This document shows positions 18,709-26,442 of a DNA stretch of 64,000 nucleotides, piece after piece. The notes below the pieces were generated by a model. The model was not told where the DNA came from. It saw nothing but the letters and a program-made list of their open reading frames with translations, and ran no database searches. The first letter of the stretch is position 1, and every line of letters begins with the position of its first letter. Origin of the DNA: Candidatus Limnocylindrales bacterium (lineage in GTDB: Bacteria > Chloroflexota > Limnocylindria > Limnocylindrales > CSP1-4); the NCBI GenBank assembly GCA_046707905.1, contig JBKKDM010000126.1, forward strand, positions 2,405-66,404, in the 5' to 3' direction. Both the position numbers and the translations under genes were made by a program.

Positions 18709-19782
18709 TCAGGCCTGGGCGTCGTCGCCGGGCCAGGTGTCGCTGAGCAGGTAGCCCTCGGGGAAGGGGTCCGTCGGGTCGAGGACGACCTGGGTGACGC
18801 CCGTGATCCAGGCGCTGCCGCGGATCGCGGGCACGATGGCGGGCCGTCCGCCGACCACGGTCTCGCGGACGATCCGGCCCTCGAACGTGGAGCCGATGAC
18901 GGAGGCGTGGGTCATGGCGTGCCCGACGTGCATCCGGCCGCGCGCGTGGAGCGCGGCGATCCGCGCGGAGAGGCCGGTACCGGTTGCGGAACGGTCGAGC
19001 CGCCCGGGCGCCACGACGACGGCGTTCTTCGAGACCCGACCGATACCCTGCCATGGCTCCGCGATCTGGACGATGCTCACCCCCGCGATGTCGGGGTTCT
19101 CCGGGTGGACGACCGGGAGCTGCTGCCGCGCCGCGACACGGATGCGCTCGCCCACCTTCGACAGGTCGCGCGCCTCCGATGGCACCAGCTCGAAGCCGAG
19201 CGCCCCGGCATCGGCGATCGCGTACCACATGCCTCCGTACGCGACGTCGACAGTGATGGTGCCGAGCCCCTCTACTTCGAGTGCGGCATCGAGGAATCCG
19301 CGAAAGCATGGAACGTTCTCGAGCTCGACCCACTGGACCTTCCCGGCGCGGCAGCCCGCCGTGATCTCGATCACGCCGCCGGGAGCCTCGAGCCGAAACG
19401 CTGTAACCGGCTCGCGCATCTCCACCATCCCGGTCTCCAGGAGGACGGTCGCGACGCAGATCGTGTTCGAGCCGGACATCGCCGGGTACTCGGTGGGCTC
19501 CATGATCACGTAGCCGAACGCGCAGTCCTCACGCAGCGAAGGCAGGACGATGTTGGAGTGGACGGCGACGCTCCCGCGAGGCTCGCGCAGGAGACGGCGC
19601 CGGAGCGAGTCGTCGGCTCGCAGGTGCGTCATCTGCTCGAAGACGGTTGCGCCGGGCGGCGCCACGACCCCGGCCACGACCACGTTCCCGACCTCGCCGC
19701 CGGCATGGCACCCGACGACGGTCAGCACGGGGCTCGCGGATCTCCAGGCCAGGGCGCGCATCGGGTCGAACGAAGGCTCCAT
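18709..19782 (-). CDS. Proline racemase / hydroxyproline epimerase superfamily protein with a Ser/Thr pair in place of the catalytic Cys pair
   Basis: The full-length fold is recognisable (HAGGEVGNVV..., MSGSNTICVATVLLE, LDRSATGTGLSARIAALHARG). The two catalytic positions read S (MSGSN) and T (DRSATGTG). Confidence 0.85.
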   Translation of the reverse strand: MEPSFDPMRALAWRSASPVLTVVGCHAGGEVGNVVVAGVVAPPGATVFEQMTHLRADDSLRRRLLREPRGSVAVHSNIVLPSLREDCAFGYVIMEPTEYPAMSGSNTICVATVLLETGMVEMREPVTAFRLEAPGGVIEITAGCRAGKVQWVELENVPCFRGFLDAALEVEGLGTITVDVAYGGMWYAIADAGALGFELVPSEARDLSKVGERIRVAARQQLPVVHPENPDIAGVSIVQIAEPWQGIGRVSKNAVVVAPGRLDRSATGTGLSARIAALHARGRMHVGHAMTHASVIGSTFEGRIVRETVVGGRPAIVPAIRGSAWITGVTQVVLDPTDPFPEGYLLSDTWPGDDAQA

Positions 19783-19840
19783 CGTCGGGGACGATAAGGG
19801 AGTCGACCTTCACGCGACGTCCGATTGCCGCGACTCGTCC

Positions 19841-19886
19841 TTGACAACGCCATGTTAGCGCTCTATACGTATACACCTACGTATAG
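19841..19886 (+). promoter_or_regulatory. Candidate sigma70-type promoter (TTGACA, 17 nt, TATACG) overlapped by a palindromic operator CTATACGTA-N6-TACGTATAG
   Basis: Read directly. TTGACA lies at 19841-19846 and TATACG at 19864-19869. A perfect 9-bp inverted repeat lies at 19863-19871 and 19878-19886. This AT-rich island stands out in GC-rich DNA, 27 nt upstream of the EXLDI gene start. Confidence 0.45.
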
Positions 19887-19912
19887 CTACGACGAGGCGA
19901 AGGGGCTACGAT

Positions 19913-20440
19913 GTGGACGTGCCGAACAAGACGATCTACGTCTCCGATGGAGATCTCAACATCTACCAGCGCGCACAGGAGGCCGCCGGGGGCAACCTCT
20001 CCTCTGCGATCGCCAGCGCCCTTCGCCGATATGTCGATATCGAAGAAGGACGCAAGGAAGGGTTCGACGAGATCACCGTACGGGTCGGGCCGAACCCGGG
20101 TCGCAAGGTCCGGTTCATCGGCGTCCTCCTTGGGGAGTGGATGGCCTCTGGTACGAGCCGGGTCGAGACCTTCCGCGTCTACCGCGGCCGGACCGGCAAG
20201 TTCGTCCTGCATGTCGAGCGCACGGCAGGATTCACCGTGGTCGATCGCGAGGGCAAGCCGGGAGGCTGGCTGGCCAACCTCGGCTTCGACTGGAACGCCA
20301 GCTACGGGATGGCTCCGGGCGGCGCGACGCTCGATATCTTCGCGTCACTCGAGGAGCTCCGCGACAAGATTCCGCCGCAGCTCTACGAGCTCGTCGCTGG
20401 ATCGGCGAGCGAACCGATCGTGGAGGACCTCGACATCTAG
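19913..20440 (+). CDS. EXLDI-family protein with a possible N-terminal ribbon-helix-helix
   Basis: 175 aa ending ...EPIVEDLDI, which fits the E-x-L-D-I C-terminal signature as remembered from TIGRFAMs. It lies immediately upstream of a DrrAB-type ABC pair, the usual context. The N-terminus KTIYVSDGDLNIYQRAQEAAGGNLSSAIASALRRYV has a beta-alpha-alpha pattern. Confidence 0.7.
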   Translation: MDVPNKTIYVSDGDLNIYQRAQEAAGGNLSSAIASALRRYVDIEEGRKEGFDEITVRVGPNPGRKVRFIGVLLGEWMASGTSRVETFRVYRGRTGKFVLHVERTAGFTVVDREGKPGGWLANLGFDWNASYGMAPGGATLDIFASLEELRDKIPPQLYELVAGSASEPIVEDLDI

Positions 20441-20494
20441 CGCCCGCGGCGTTGCTCCGCTCGGTGCGCACGCGCCCCGAAGGATCGATCGGCC

Positions 20495-21454
20495 ATGACT
20501 GCCCTCGCCACGAGGTCCGCAATCCGGGCCACCGGACTGCGCAAGTCGTTCGGCAAGCAGGTCGTTCTCGACGGCATCGACCTCGATGTCGCCGGAGGTT
20601 CGGTCTTCGCATTGCTCGGCCCGAACGGTGCCGGCAAGACGACGACCGTCCACATCCTCTCGACGCTGCTCGCACCGGATGCGGGAGAGGTCGAGATCGC
20701 CGGGCACGACCTGGCGCGTGACCCGGACGGCGTTCGATCCGCGATCGGCCTCACCGGACAGTTCTCTGCAGTCGATCGATTCCTCACCGGTGAGGAGAAC
20801 CTGCGCCTGATGGCGGACCTGCGCCACCTCGGGCCGGCCGAACGCGGCCGTCGCTCGAACGAGCTGCTCGAACGGTTCGAGCTTGTCGATGCCGCTCGCA
20901 AGCCGGTGCAGGCGTGGTCCGGCGGGATGCAGCGCAAGCTCGACCTCGCGATGACCCTGGTCGGTGATCCGCGGATCATCTTCCTGGACGAGCCGACCGC
21001 GGGCCTCGACCCGCGCAGCCGGCGGACGATGTGGCAGGTGATCCGGGACCTCGTCGGGGACGGGATCACGATCTTCCTCACGACCCAGTACCTGGAGGAG
21101 GCCGATCGCCTTGCCGACCAGATCGCGGTGCTCGATCACGGCGGGATCGTGGCGGCCGGGACGCCTGCCGAGCTGAAGCGGCTGGTCCCCGGCGGCGCGA
21201 TCAAGCTCGACTTCGCCGACGAGGGTGAGCTGGAGAAGGCCGCCCGCGCCTTTCCCACCGCGAGCCGTGACGAGGAGTCGCTCGCGCTGCTCGTCCCGAG
21301 TGACGGAGGCGTTGGCGCCCTTCGCAGCCTCCTCGACGAGCTCGCCACCGCCGCGATCGACGTCGATGGCCTCTCGATCCGGACGCCGGACCTCGACGAC
21401 GTCTTCCTGTCTCTCACGGGGCAGCCGCAATCCAAGAATGGAGCCCCTTCATGA
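20495..21454 (+). CDS. ABC transporter ATP-binding protein (DrrA/ABC-2 exporter type)
   Basis: Walker A GPNGAGKTT, signature WSGGMQRKLDLA and Walker B IIFLDEPTAGLD. Confidence 0.9.
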   Translation: MTALATRSAIRATGLRKSFGKQVVLDGIDLDVAGGSVFALLGPNGAGKTTTVHILSTLLAPDAGEVEIAGHDLARDPDGVRSAIGLTGQFSAVDRFLTGEENLRLMADLRHLGPAERGRRSNELLERFELVDAARKPVQAWSGGMQRKLDLAMTLVGDPRIIFLDEPTAGLDPRSRRTMWQVIRDLVGDGITIFLTTQYLEEADRLADQIAVLDHGGIVAAGTPAELKRLVPGGAIKLDFADEGELEKAARAFPTASRDEESLALLVPSDGGVGALRSLLDELATAAIDVDGLSIRTPDLDDVFLSLTGQPQSKNGAPS

Positions 21455-22242
21455 CCGCGTCCTACATGCTCAGCGACTCCCTGACGATGCTTCGCCGGAA
21501 CCTTGTCCACATGAAGCGCTATCCATCGCTGGCGCTGTTCATGGCCGGCATCCCGGTCCTGTTCTTGCTGCTGTTCGTCTACGTGTTCGGTGGGACGCTC
21601 GGCGATGGCATCGGTGGGCTGAACGGCGGCCGCGACGCCTACATCGCCTACGTCGTCCCCGGCATCCTCCTGATGGCGGTGGCCAGCGCCGGCACCAATA
21701 CCGCGATCCAGGTCGCCATGGACATGACCGAAGGAATCGTGGCCCGCTTCCGGACGATGTCGATCTCGCGAGCCTCGGTGCTGCTGGGGCATGTCATCGG
21801 CAGCATCATCCAGGTCGGCATCGCGCTTGCGATCGTCCTCGTCGTGGCGCTGGTGATCGGCTTTCGGCCGACGACGGGCCCAATCGAATGGCTCGCCGCG
21901 GCGGGCCTCCTGGCGCTCACCGCGCTGGCGATCACGTGGCTGTCGGTGGGCCTGGGGCTCTCGGCCGGGTCCGTCGAGACCGCCAGCAACTCGCCGATGT
22001 TCCTTACGATCCTGCCGTTTCTTGGCAGCGGCTTCGTGCCGACGGACACAATGCCCGACCTGCTTCGGATCTTTGCGGACAACCAGCCCTTCACGCCGAT
22101 CATCGAGACGCTGCGCGGCCTGCTGCTGGGAACGCCGATCGGCGACAGTGGCTGGATCGCCGTGGCGTGGTGCGTGGCGATCACGGTGGTCGGTTTCCTG
22201 TGGTCGCGCCGGCTGTACGAGCGTGGGCCTGCCCATCGGTAG
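21451..22242 (+). CDS. ABC-2 type transporter permease (DrrB-like)
   Basis: The start overlaps the ATPase stop (ATGA). 263 aa with 6 predicted TM helices. Confidence 0.85.
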   Translation: MTASYMLSDSLTMLRRNLVHMKRYPSLALFMAGIPVLFLLLFVYVFGGTLGDGIGGLNGGRDAYIAYVVPGILLMAVASAGTNTAIQVAMDMTEGIVARFRTMSISRASVLLGHVIGSIIQVGIALAIVLVVALVIGFRPTTGPIEWLAAAGLLALTALAITWLSVGLGLSAGSVETASNSPMFLTILPFLGSGFVPTDTMPDLLRIFADNQPFTPIIETLRGLLLGTPIGDSGWIAVAWCVAITVVGFLWSRRLYERGPAHR

Positions 22243-22366
22243 CGCTGCGGAGGCCTCGGAGCGAAGGGGATTGTTCCAGAGCCGTTACGTTCCCGATGCT
22301 GCTTCGCGGCGTTGCGGCTCCGACCATGGCGGCGCTCATCCAACCGGAATGACAGGAGCTGCCCGG

Positions 22367-23602
22367 ATGCCCACTGCCCGTTCCTCCCGCGCCGTCCGTA
22401 CGACGGTCGTCGCGACGTTCGCGCTGCTGCTCACGGCCCTCGTCGTGGCGCCACTCGCGAGCGCCGGCGGCCCAACCTGGAGCACGATCCGCAAGATCAC
22501 CGACGGCGGCCGTCCCGCCGCCGGGGCGTCGCTGTCGACGACCAAGTCATCGACCACCCGTTATCTCCACGCGGCGTGGCGCAAGGGCGCCGGCGAGGCC
22601 CGGTTCGCTCGAAGCTCCAACGGCGGGGCCACCTGGACCTCGGCGCTCAGCATCGCCAACCCGGAGTTCATGCTCGGCGAGCCGCGAATTGCTTCCGTCG
22701 GCAACGACGTCTGGGTCGCCTGGGTCCGTCGCTACGAGGATCCCGACACCGGCTCCTTCGGCTACGCCGTCCTGGTCCGCCACAACCGGAGCCACGGATC
22801 CGCATCGGCCTGGGACAAGGCCATCCGCCTGACCCCGACCGACGGCGACGTCCGCGGCGCCAACATCGCCGTCACCGACGGCGGCGAGTCGATCTACGTC
22901 ATCTACAGCGACCTTCGAACGGACACGACGCGGATCAAGTACAGCCAGAACGGCGGCGCGACGTGGAACACCGAGGTGCTCGGCGAGGGCTTCGACGAGG
23001 ACTTCGAGAACGTCCCGACGACCCTTCCTGTCGTCGGCGCCTCCGGCAACAACGTCGTCGCGGCGTGGGCCGCGCCCGGCAACATGACGACCGCCCGCGT
23101 CTCCACCGATGGCGGCGACCTGTGGTCTGACCAGGAGGTCATCGGCCAGGGACTCTCGACCGCGGCTGCGAACGGTGGCCGTCTGGCCGTCGGTGGGACG
23201 GGCGAGATCGGCCCGTGGGTCCGGGTCTGGTCGGGCGGCACGTGGGGCCTCGTCCGCGAGATCCCCGAGATCACCCTCGGCGGCAACAATGCCTCCGCAG
23301 TCGAGCTCGACATCCGGGTCAACACCCTCGGGCGGATCGGCGCGGTGTACTCCGCGCAGGTCGACGTCGATGAGGAGACCGCGGATACCTGGGAAGAGAT
23401 CAACTGGTTCAGCTCGGGGAACGACGGTGCGACCTGGAGCGGCCCGAGCCGCGTCTCCCGCGCCGGGAGCGAGACCCAGGCGTTCAACGCCGAGAAGCCG
23501 ACGGCGGTCTGGCTCGAGAACGGCCGGATCTGGATCTCCTGGATGCAGGAGAAGCCGACGGCACCGGGCACATACTTCTTCGCCATCCGAGAGCGCTCCT
23601 AG
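22367..23602 (+). CDS. Secreted BNR/Asp-box repeat protein (sialidase-like beta-propeller)
   Basis: AGGAG lies 8 nt upstream of ATG 22367. Signal peptide: RTTVVATFALLLTALVVAPLASAGG. Four Asp-boxes: SSNGGATW, SQNGGATW, STDGGDLW, SGNDGATW. Confidence 0.7.
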   Translation: MPTARSSRAVRTTVVATFALLLTALVVAPLASAGGPTWSTIRKITDGGRPAAGASLSTTKSSTTRYLHAAWRKGAGEARFARSSNGGATWTSALSIANPEFMLGEPRIASVGNDVWVAWVRRYEDPDTGSFGYAVLVRHNRSHGSASAWDKAIRLTPTDGDVRGANIAVTDGGESIYVIYSDLRTDTTRIKYSQNGGATWNTEVLGEGFDEDFENVPTTLPVVGASGNNVVAAWAAPGNMTTARVSTDGGDLWSDQEVIGQGLSTAAANGGRLAVGGTGEIGPWVRVWSGGTWGLVREIPEITLGGNNASAVELDIRVNTLGRIGAVYSAQVDVDEETADTWEEINWFSSGNDGATWSGPSRVSRAGSETQAFNAEKPTAVWLENGRIWISWMQEKPTAPGTYFFAIRERS

Positions 23603-23625
23603 CTCGACCTCCTCGGCGAGCACTC

Positions 23626-23653
23626 GAGGCGGCGGCCGCAAGGTCGCCGCCTC
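23626..23653. terminator. Hairpin between convergent genes (candidate bidirectional terminator)
   Basis: GAGGCGGCG (23626-23634) pairs with CGCCGCCTC (23645-23653) across a 10-nt loop. It lies between the stops at 23602 (+) and 23691 (-). There is no clear U-tract. Confidence 0.4.
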
Positions 23654-23690
23654 CTCGATTCCGGGGGAGGTCGGGGGGGACCTTCCCTGG

Positions 23691-25697
23691 CTACGACCGA
23701 CCCACGGTCGCGAGGTAGCGATCGCGCTGAAACGGGTTGGGGCGGGTGCGTCGACGATGGGGCGGGGGATCGGTCACGACCGGGTGGTACCCGGCGAAGC
23801 TCGTCTCGAACAGGCCCTCCCCGCCCGTGAGGCCCGGGATCCGGTTCTGGACCTCGTGGACGCGGCCGGCCTGGACCATCGCGACGATGGTGGTGCGCTC
23901 GCCGGCGCTGTGCTGGCCCAGGATTCTGCCGCCCGCGCCGAGCACGACGCCCGCGATTCCGCGGCCCGACTCGACGGGCGCCTCCATCCGAATCGTCGTC
24001 ATCGGCTCGCAGACGACGACGCCGGCGTCGCGGACGGCCGCGGCCACGATCAAGGGCGTCAGCTTCCGGTAGTCGGAGGTCGTGGAGCCTGTCCGACGGT
24101 AGCCGCAGTCGATCAGGGTCACCACGCAGTCAGTGAGGCGCCAGCCGTGGAAGCCTTCCTCCAGGGCATCGGCCACGAAGTGGGTCATCTGCGCCTCGAA
24201 CTGCGGGATCGTATGGAAGATGTAGAGCGGCAGGAGCTTGACGTCGACGTCGGTCCGGAAGGTGATGCCGGAGCCAGCCTTCGCCGGCTCGATCCGCAGC
24301 CCGAGCGTCGCCGCGTAGGGGTTCTCGCTCAGTGGTGAGCTCTTGCCACTGATGTTGGCGTGGCTCGGGGAGCTGATCACCTCGACCGCCTCGGCCGTGC
24401 CGATCGGGCGCTCGATGCAGATCGTCGTTGTCGCGGCAAAGCTGACATCGACTCCGTACTCCCGGGCCAGCGTCTCGCCGATGACCTCCTTCTGGACCTC
24501 GCCGTAGAGCGAGACGGAGATCTCGCCACGCTCGTCGTCCTGGCGGACGTTGATGAGCGGATCCTGCTCGGCCAGCTCGTTCAGCGCGGCGCGCAGCCGG
24601 CCTCCGTCACTGCCTTTCACCGGTCGAACGACGGATTCGAGGGCGGGTGGCGGGAACTGGCGTTCCTCGTCCGTCACGGTGGCGGCCCCGATCGGGTCGC
24701 CGACGCGGGCTCCGGTCAGGCCGCCGAGCCTGGCGATCTGCCCCGCTCCAACGGCCTGCGCCTGCGCGGCGCCACCGGGCATGGTCGTGGCGAGCGATGT
24801 GACGCGGCCCTCGGTGCCATCGCCGTAGGCGATCCGGTCGCGCGCGTGGATGGTGCCGTCGAACAGCCGGGCGACGGCGACCCGATCGCCGCCCGCCGAT
24901 CGCTCGATCTTGAACACTCGCCCGCGGAGCTCGGCATCGGGGTCGCCGCTCGCCGCCGGCAGCAGCTCGGAGATGGACGCGAGGAGGTCGGGCACGCCCT
25001 GGCCGCCGATCGCCGAGCCAAGGAAGACCGAGTGGATCATGCCCGCCCGCGACTGGTCGGCGATCGCGCGTCGCAAGCGCGGCCACGGGACCGAGCCGGT
25101 CTCGACGTAGGTGTTGAGCAGCGATTCGTCCTGCTCCGCAAGCCGCTCGACCACCATTCCGCGATACGCGTCGTCGGTCTCGTCGTGGAGGCCAATGGAC
25201 ACGTCGGCGGTGCCGGGGTCGGTCGCGCGACGAACGGGCACGACAGCGGGCGTCAGGCGCTTCGCGATCTGCTCCAGCGTTCGGTCGGGATCGGCACCTC
25301 GTCGATCGAGCTTGTTGAGGAACAGAATCGTCGGGACGTGGAGGCGCTCCAGGGCCCGATACAGCAGCGGCGTCTGCGGCTGGACGCCCTCGACCGCGGA
25401 GATGACGAGGATCGCGCCGTCGAGCACGCGCAGGACGCGTTCGACCTCGGCGATGAAGTCGGGATGCCCCGGTGTGTCGAGGATGTTGACCGTCAGGTCG
25501 TCGATCGCGAACGACGCGACCGCCGACTTGATCGTGATCCCGCGTTCGCGCTCGAGCTCCAGGGTGTCGGTCTGGGTCGTGCCCTTGTCGACGCTGCCGA
25601 TCTTCGTGATGGCGCCTGCGGTGTAGAGCAGGCGCTCGGTGAGGGTGGTCTTACCGGCGTCGACGTGGGCGAGGATTCCGAGGTTCAGGGTTCGCAT
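23691..25697 (-). CDS. Tet(M)/Tet(O)/OtrA-like ribosomal protection GTPase (EF-G paralogue)
   Basis: The N-terminus MRTLNLGILAHVDAGKTTLTERLLY...DTPGHPDFIAEVERVL...NKLDR closely parallels Tet(M). At 668 aa it has an EF-G-like five-domain length. Confidence 0.8.
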   Translation of the reverse strand: MRTLNLGILAHVDAGKTTLTERLLYTAGAITKIGSVDKGTTQTDTLELERERGITIKSAVASFAIDDLTVNILDTPGHPDFIAEVERVLRVLDGAILVISAVEGVQPQTPLLYRALERLHVPTILFLNKLDRRGADPDRTLEQIAKRLTPAVVPVRRATDPGTADVSIGLHDETDDAYRGMVVERLAEQDESLLNTYVETGSVPWPRLRRAIADQSRAGMIHSVFLGSAIGGQGVPDLLASISELLPAASGDPDAELRGRVFKIERSAGGDRVAVARLFDGTIHARDRIAYGDGTEGRVTSLATTMPGGAAQAQAVGAGQIARLGGLTGARVGDPIGAATVTDEERQFPPPALESVVRPVKGSDGGRLRAALNELAEQDPLINVRQDDERGEISVSLYGEVQKEVIGETLAREYGVDVSFAATTTICIERPIGTAEAVEVISSPSHANISGKSSPLSENPYAATLGLRIEPAKAGSGITFRTDVDVKLLPLYIFHTIPQFEAQMTHFVADALEEGFHGWRLTDCVVTLIDCGYRRTGSTTSDYRKLTPLIVAAAVRDAGVVVCEPMTTIRMEAPVESGRGIAGVVLGAGGRILGQHSAGERTTIVAMVQAGRVHEVQNRIPGLTGGEGLFETSFAGYHPVVTDPPPHRRRTRPNPFQRDRYLATVGRS

Positions 25698-25820
25698 CGC
25701 GAGTCATGCCTTCCGTGCAGGTCGTGAACACCTTGGTCGGAGACATGGCTGCTGCCACCCGGGACCTCCTTCTCGAATCTCGCTTCCGTGGCCGCGTCGA
25801 TTGACCGCGACCAGGCGATC

Positions 25821-26414
25821 CTAGCGCGGCGGCTCTCGCTCAACCAGCGCGCCCACGGGCAGGCCCTTGCGGTGCCGGAACCGGCCCACCTTCACTCGGT
25901 TGCCGCACACGGCCATCTCGCACCAGACCCGGCTGCGATTGCGCGATCGATCGACGAAAAGCCAGCCGCAGAGGGGGTTGCCGCATGATGCGAGGCGAGC
26001 CCCTTCGTCCGACAGGGTGAGCACTGTGACCAGCAGCTCGTCCGTGAGCCCGGTCCAACCCGGCGCCGTTGCCTTCAGCGCGCCATCGCGAGCGAAGCGG
26101 AACGCTGCGCCGGCGAGGAGGCCATGCAGGGATTTCGACCAGGCGGGGAGGTCCCCGGCCTCGAGGTCGACGAGCGACCTGGCGGCGTCTCGTGTCGCCC
26201 GGAGGCGAGCCAGCTGCCCCGCCGAGGGCGAGCCCGCTGGGAGTGGGACCCCGTGTGACCCGAGGAACTCGATTGCCCGATCCGGCGAGTCGAGGTGGTC
26301 GTGGGCACCGTCGCTGGCGGATGCTCGGACACGATAGTGCCCGCCCGGGCCGTGAATCGTGTTGGCGAGCGCAAGTCCCGCCTCGATCCCGAGGGGCCAA
26401 GTAACGTCCTTCAC
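25821..26414 (-). CDS. CGNR zinc-finger (ABATE domain) putative regulator
   Basis: C-terminal motif CGNPLCGWLFVDRSRNRSRVWCEMAVCGNRVKVGRFRHRK. Confidence 0.85.
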   Translation of the reverse strand: MKDVTWPLGIEAGLALANTIHGPGGHYRVRASASDGAHDHLDSPDRAIEFLGSHGVPLPAGSPSAGQLARLRATRDAARSLVDLEAGDLPAWSKSLHGLLAGAAFRFARDGALKATAPGWTGLTDELLVTVLTLSDEGARLASCGNPLCGWLFVDRSRNRSRVWCEMAVCGNRVKVGRFRHRKGLPVGALVEREPPR

Positions 26415-26442
26415 GGCGTTTTACAGGTTACTCTTCCCACCT

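Noticed and set aside
25651-25746. A 31-codon upstream ORF (ATG 25746, MSPTKVFTTCTEGMTRD...) overlapping the start of the Tet(M)-like gene, as a possible attenuation leader like that of tet(M).
   Set aside because: The only good Shine-Dalgarno (GAAGGAGG) lies about 18 nt from that ATG, which is too far. The peptide runs out of frame into the main ORF, and I see no terminator/antiterminator pair. It is speculative.
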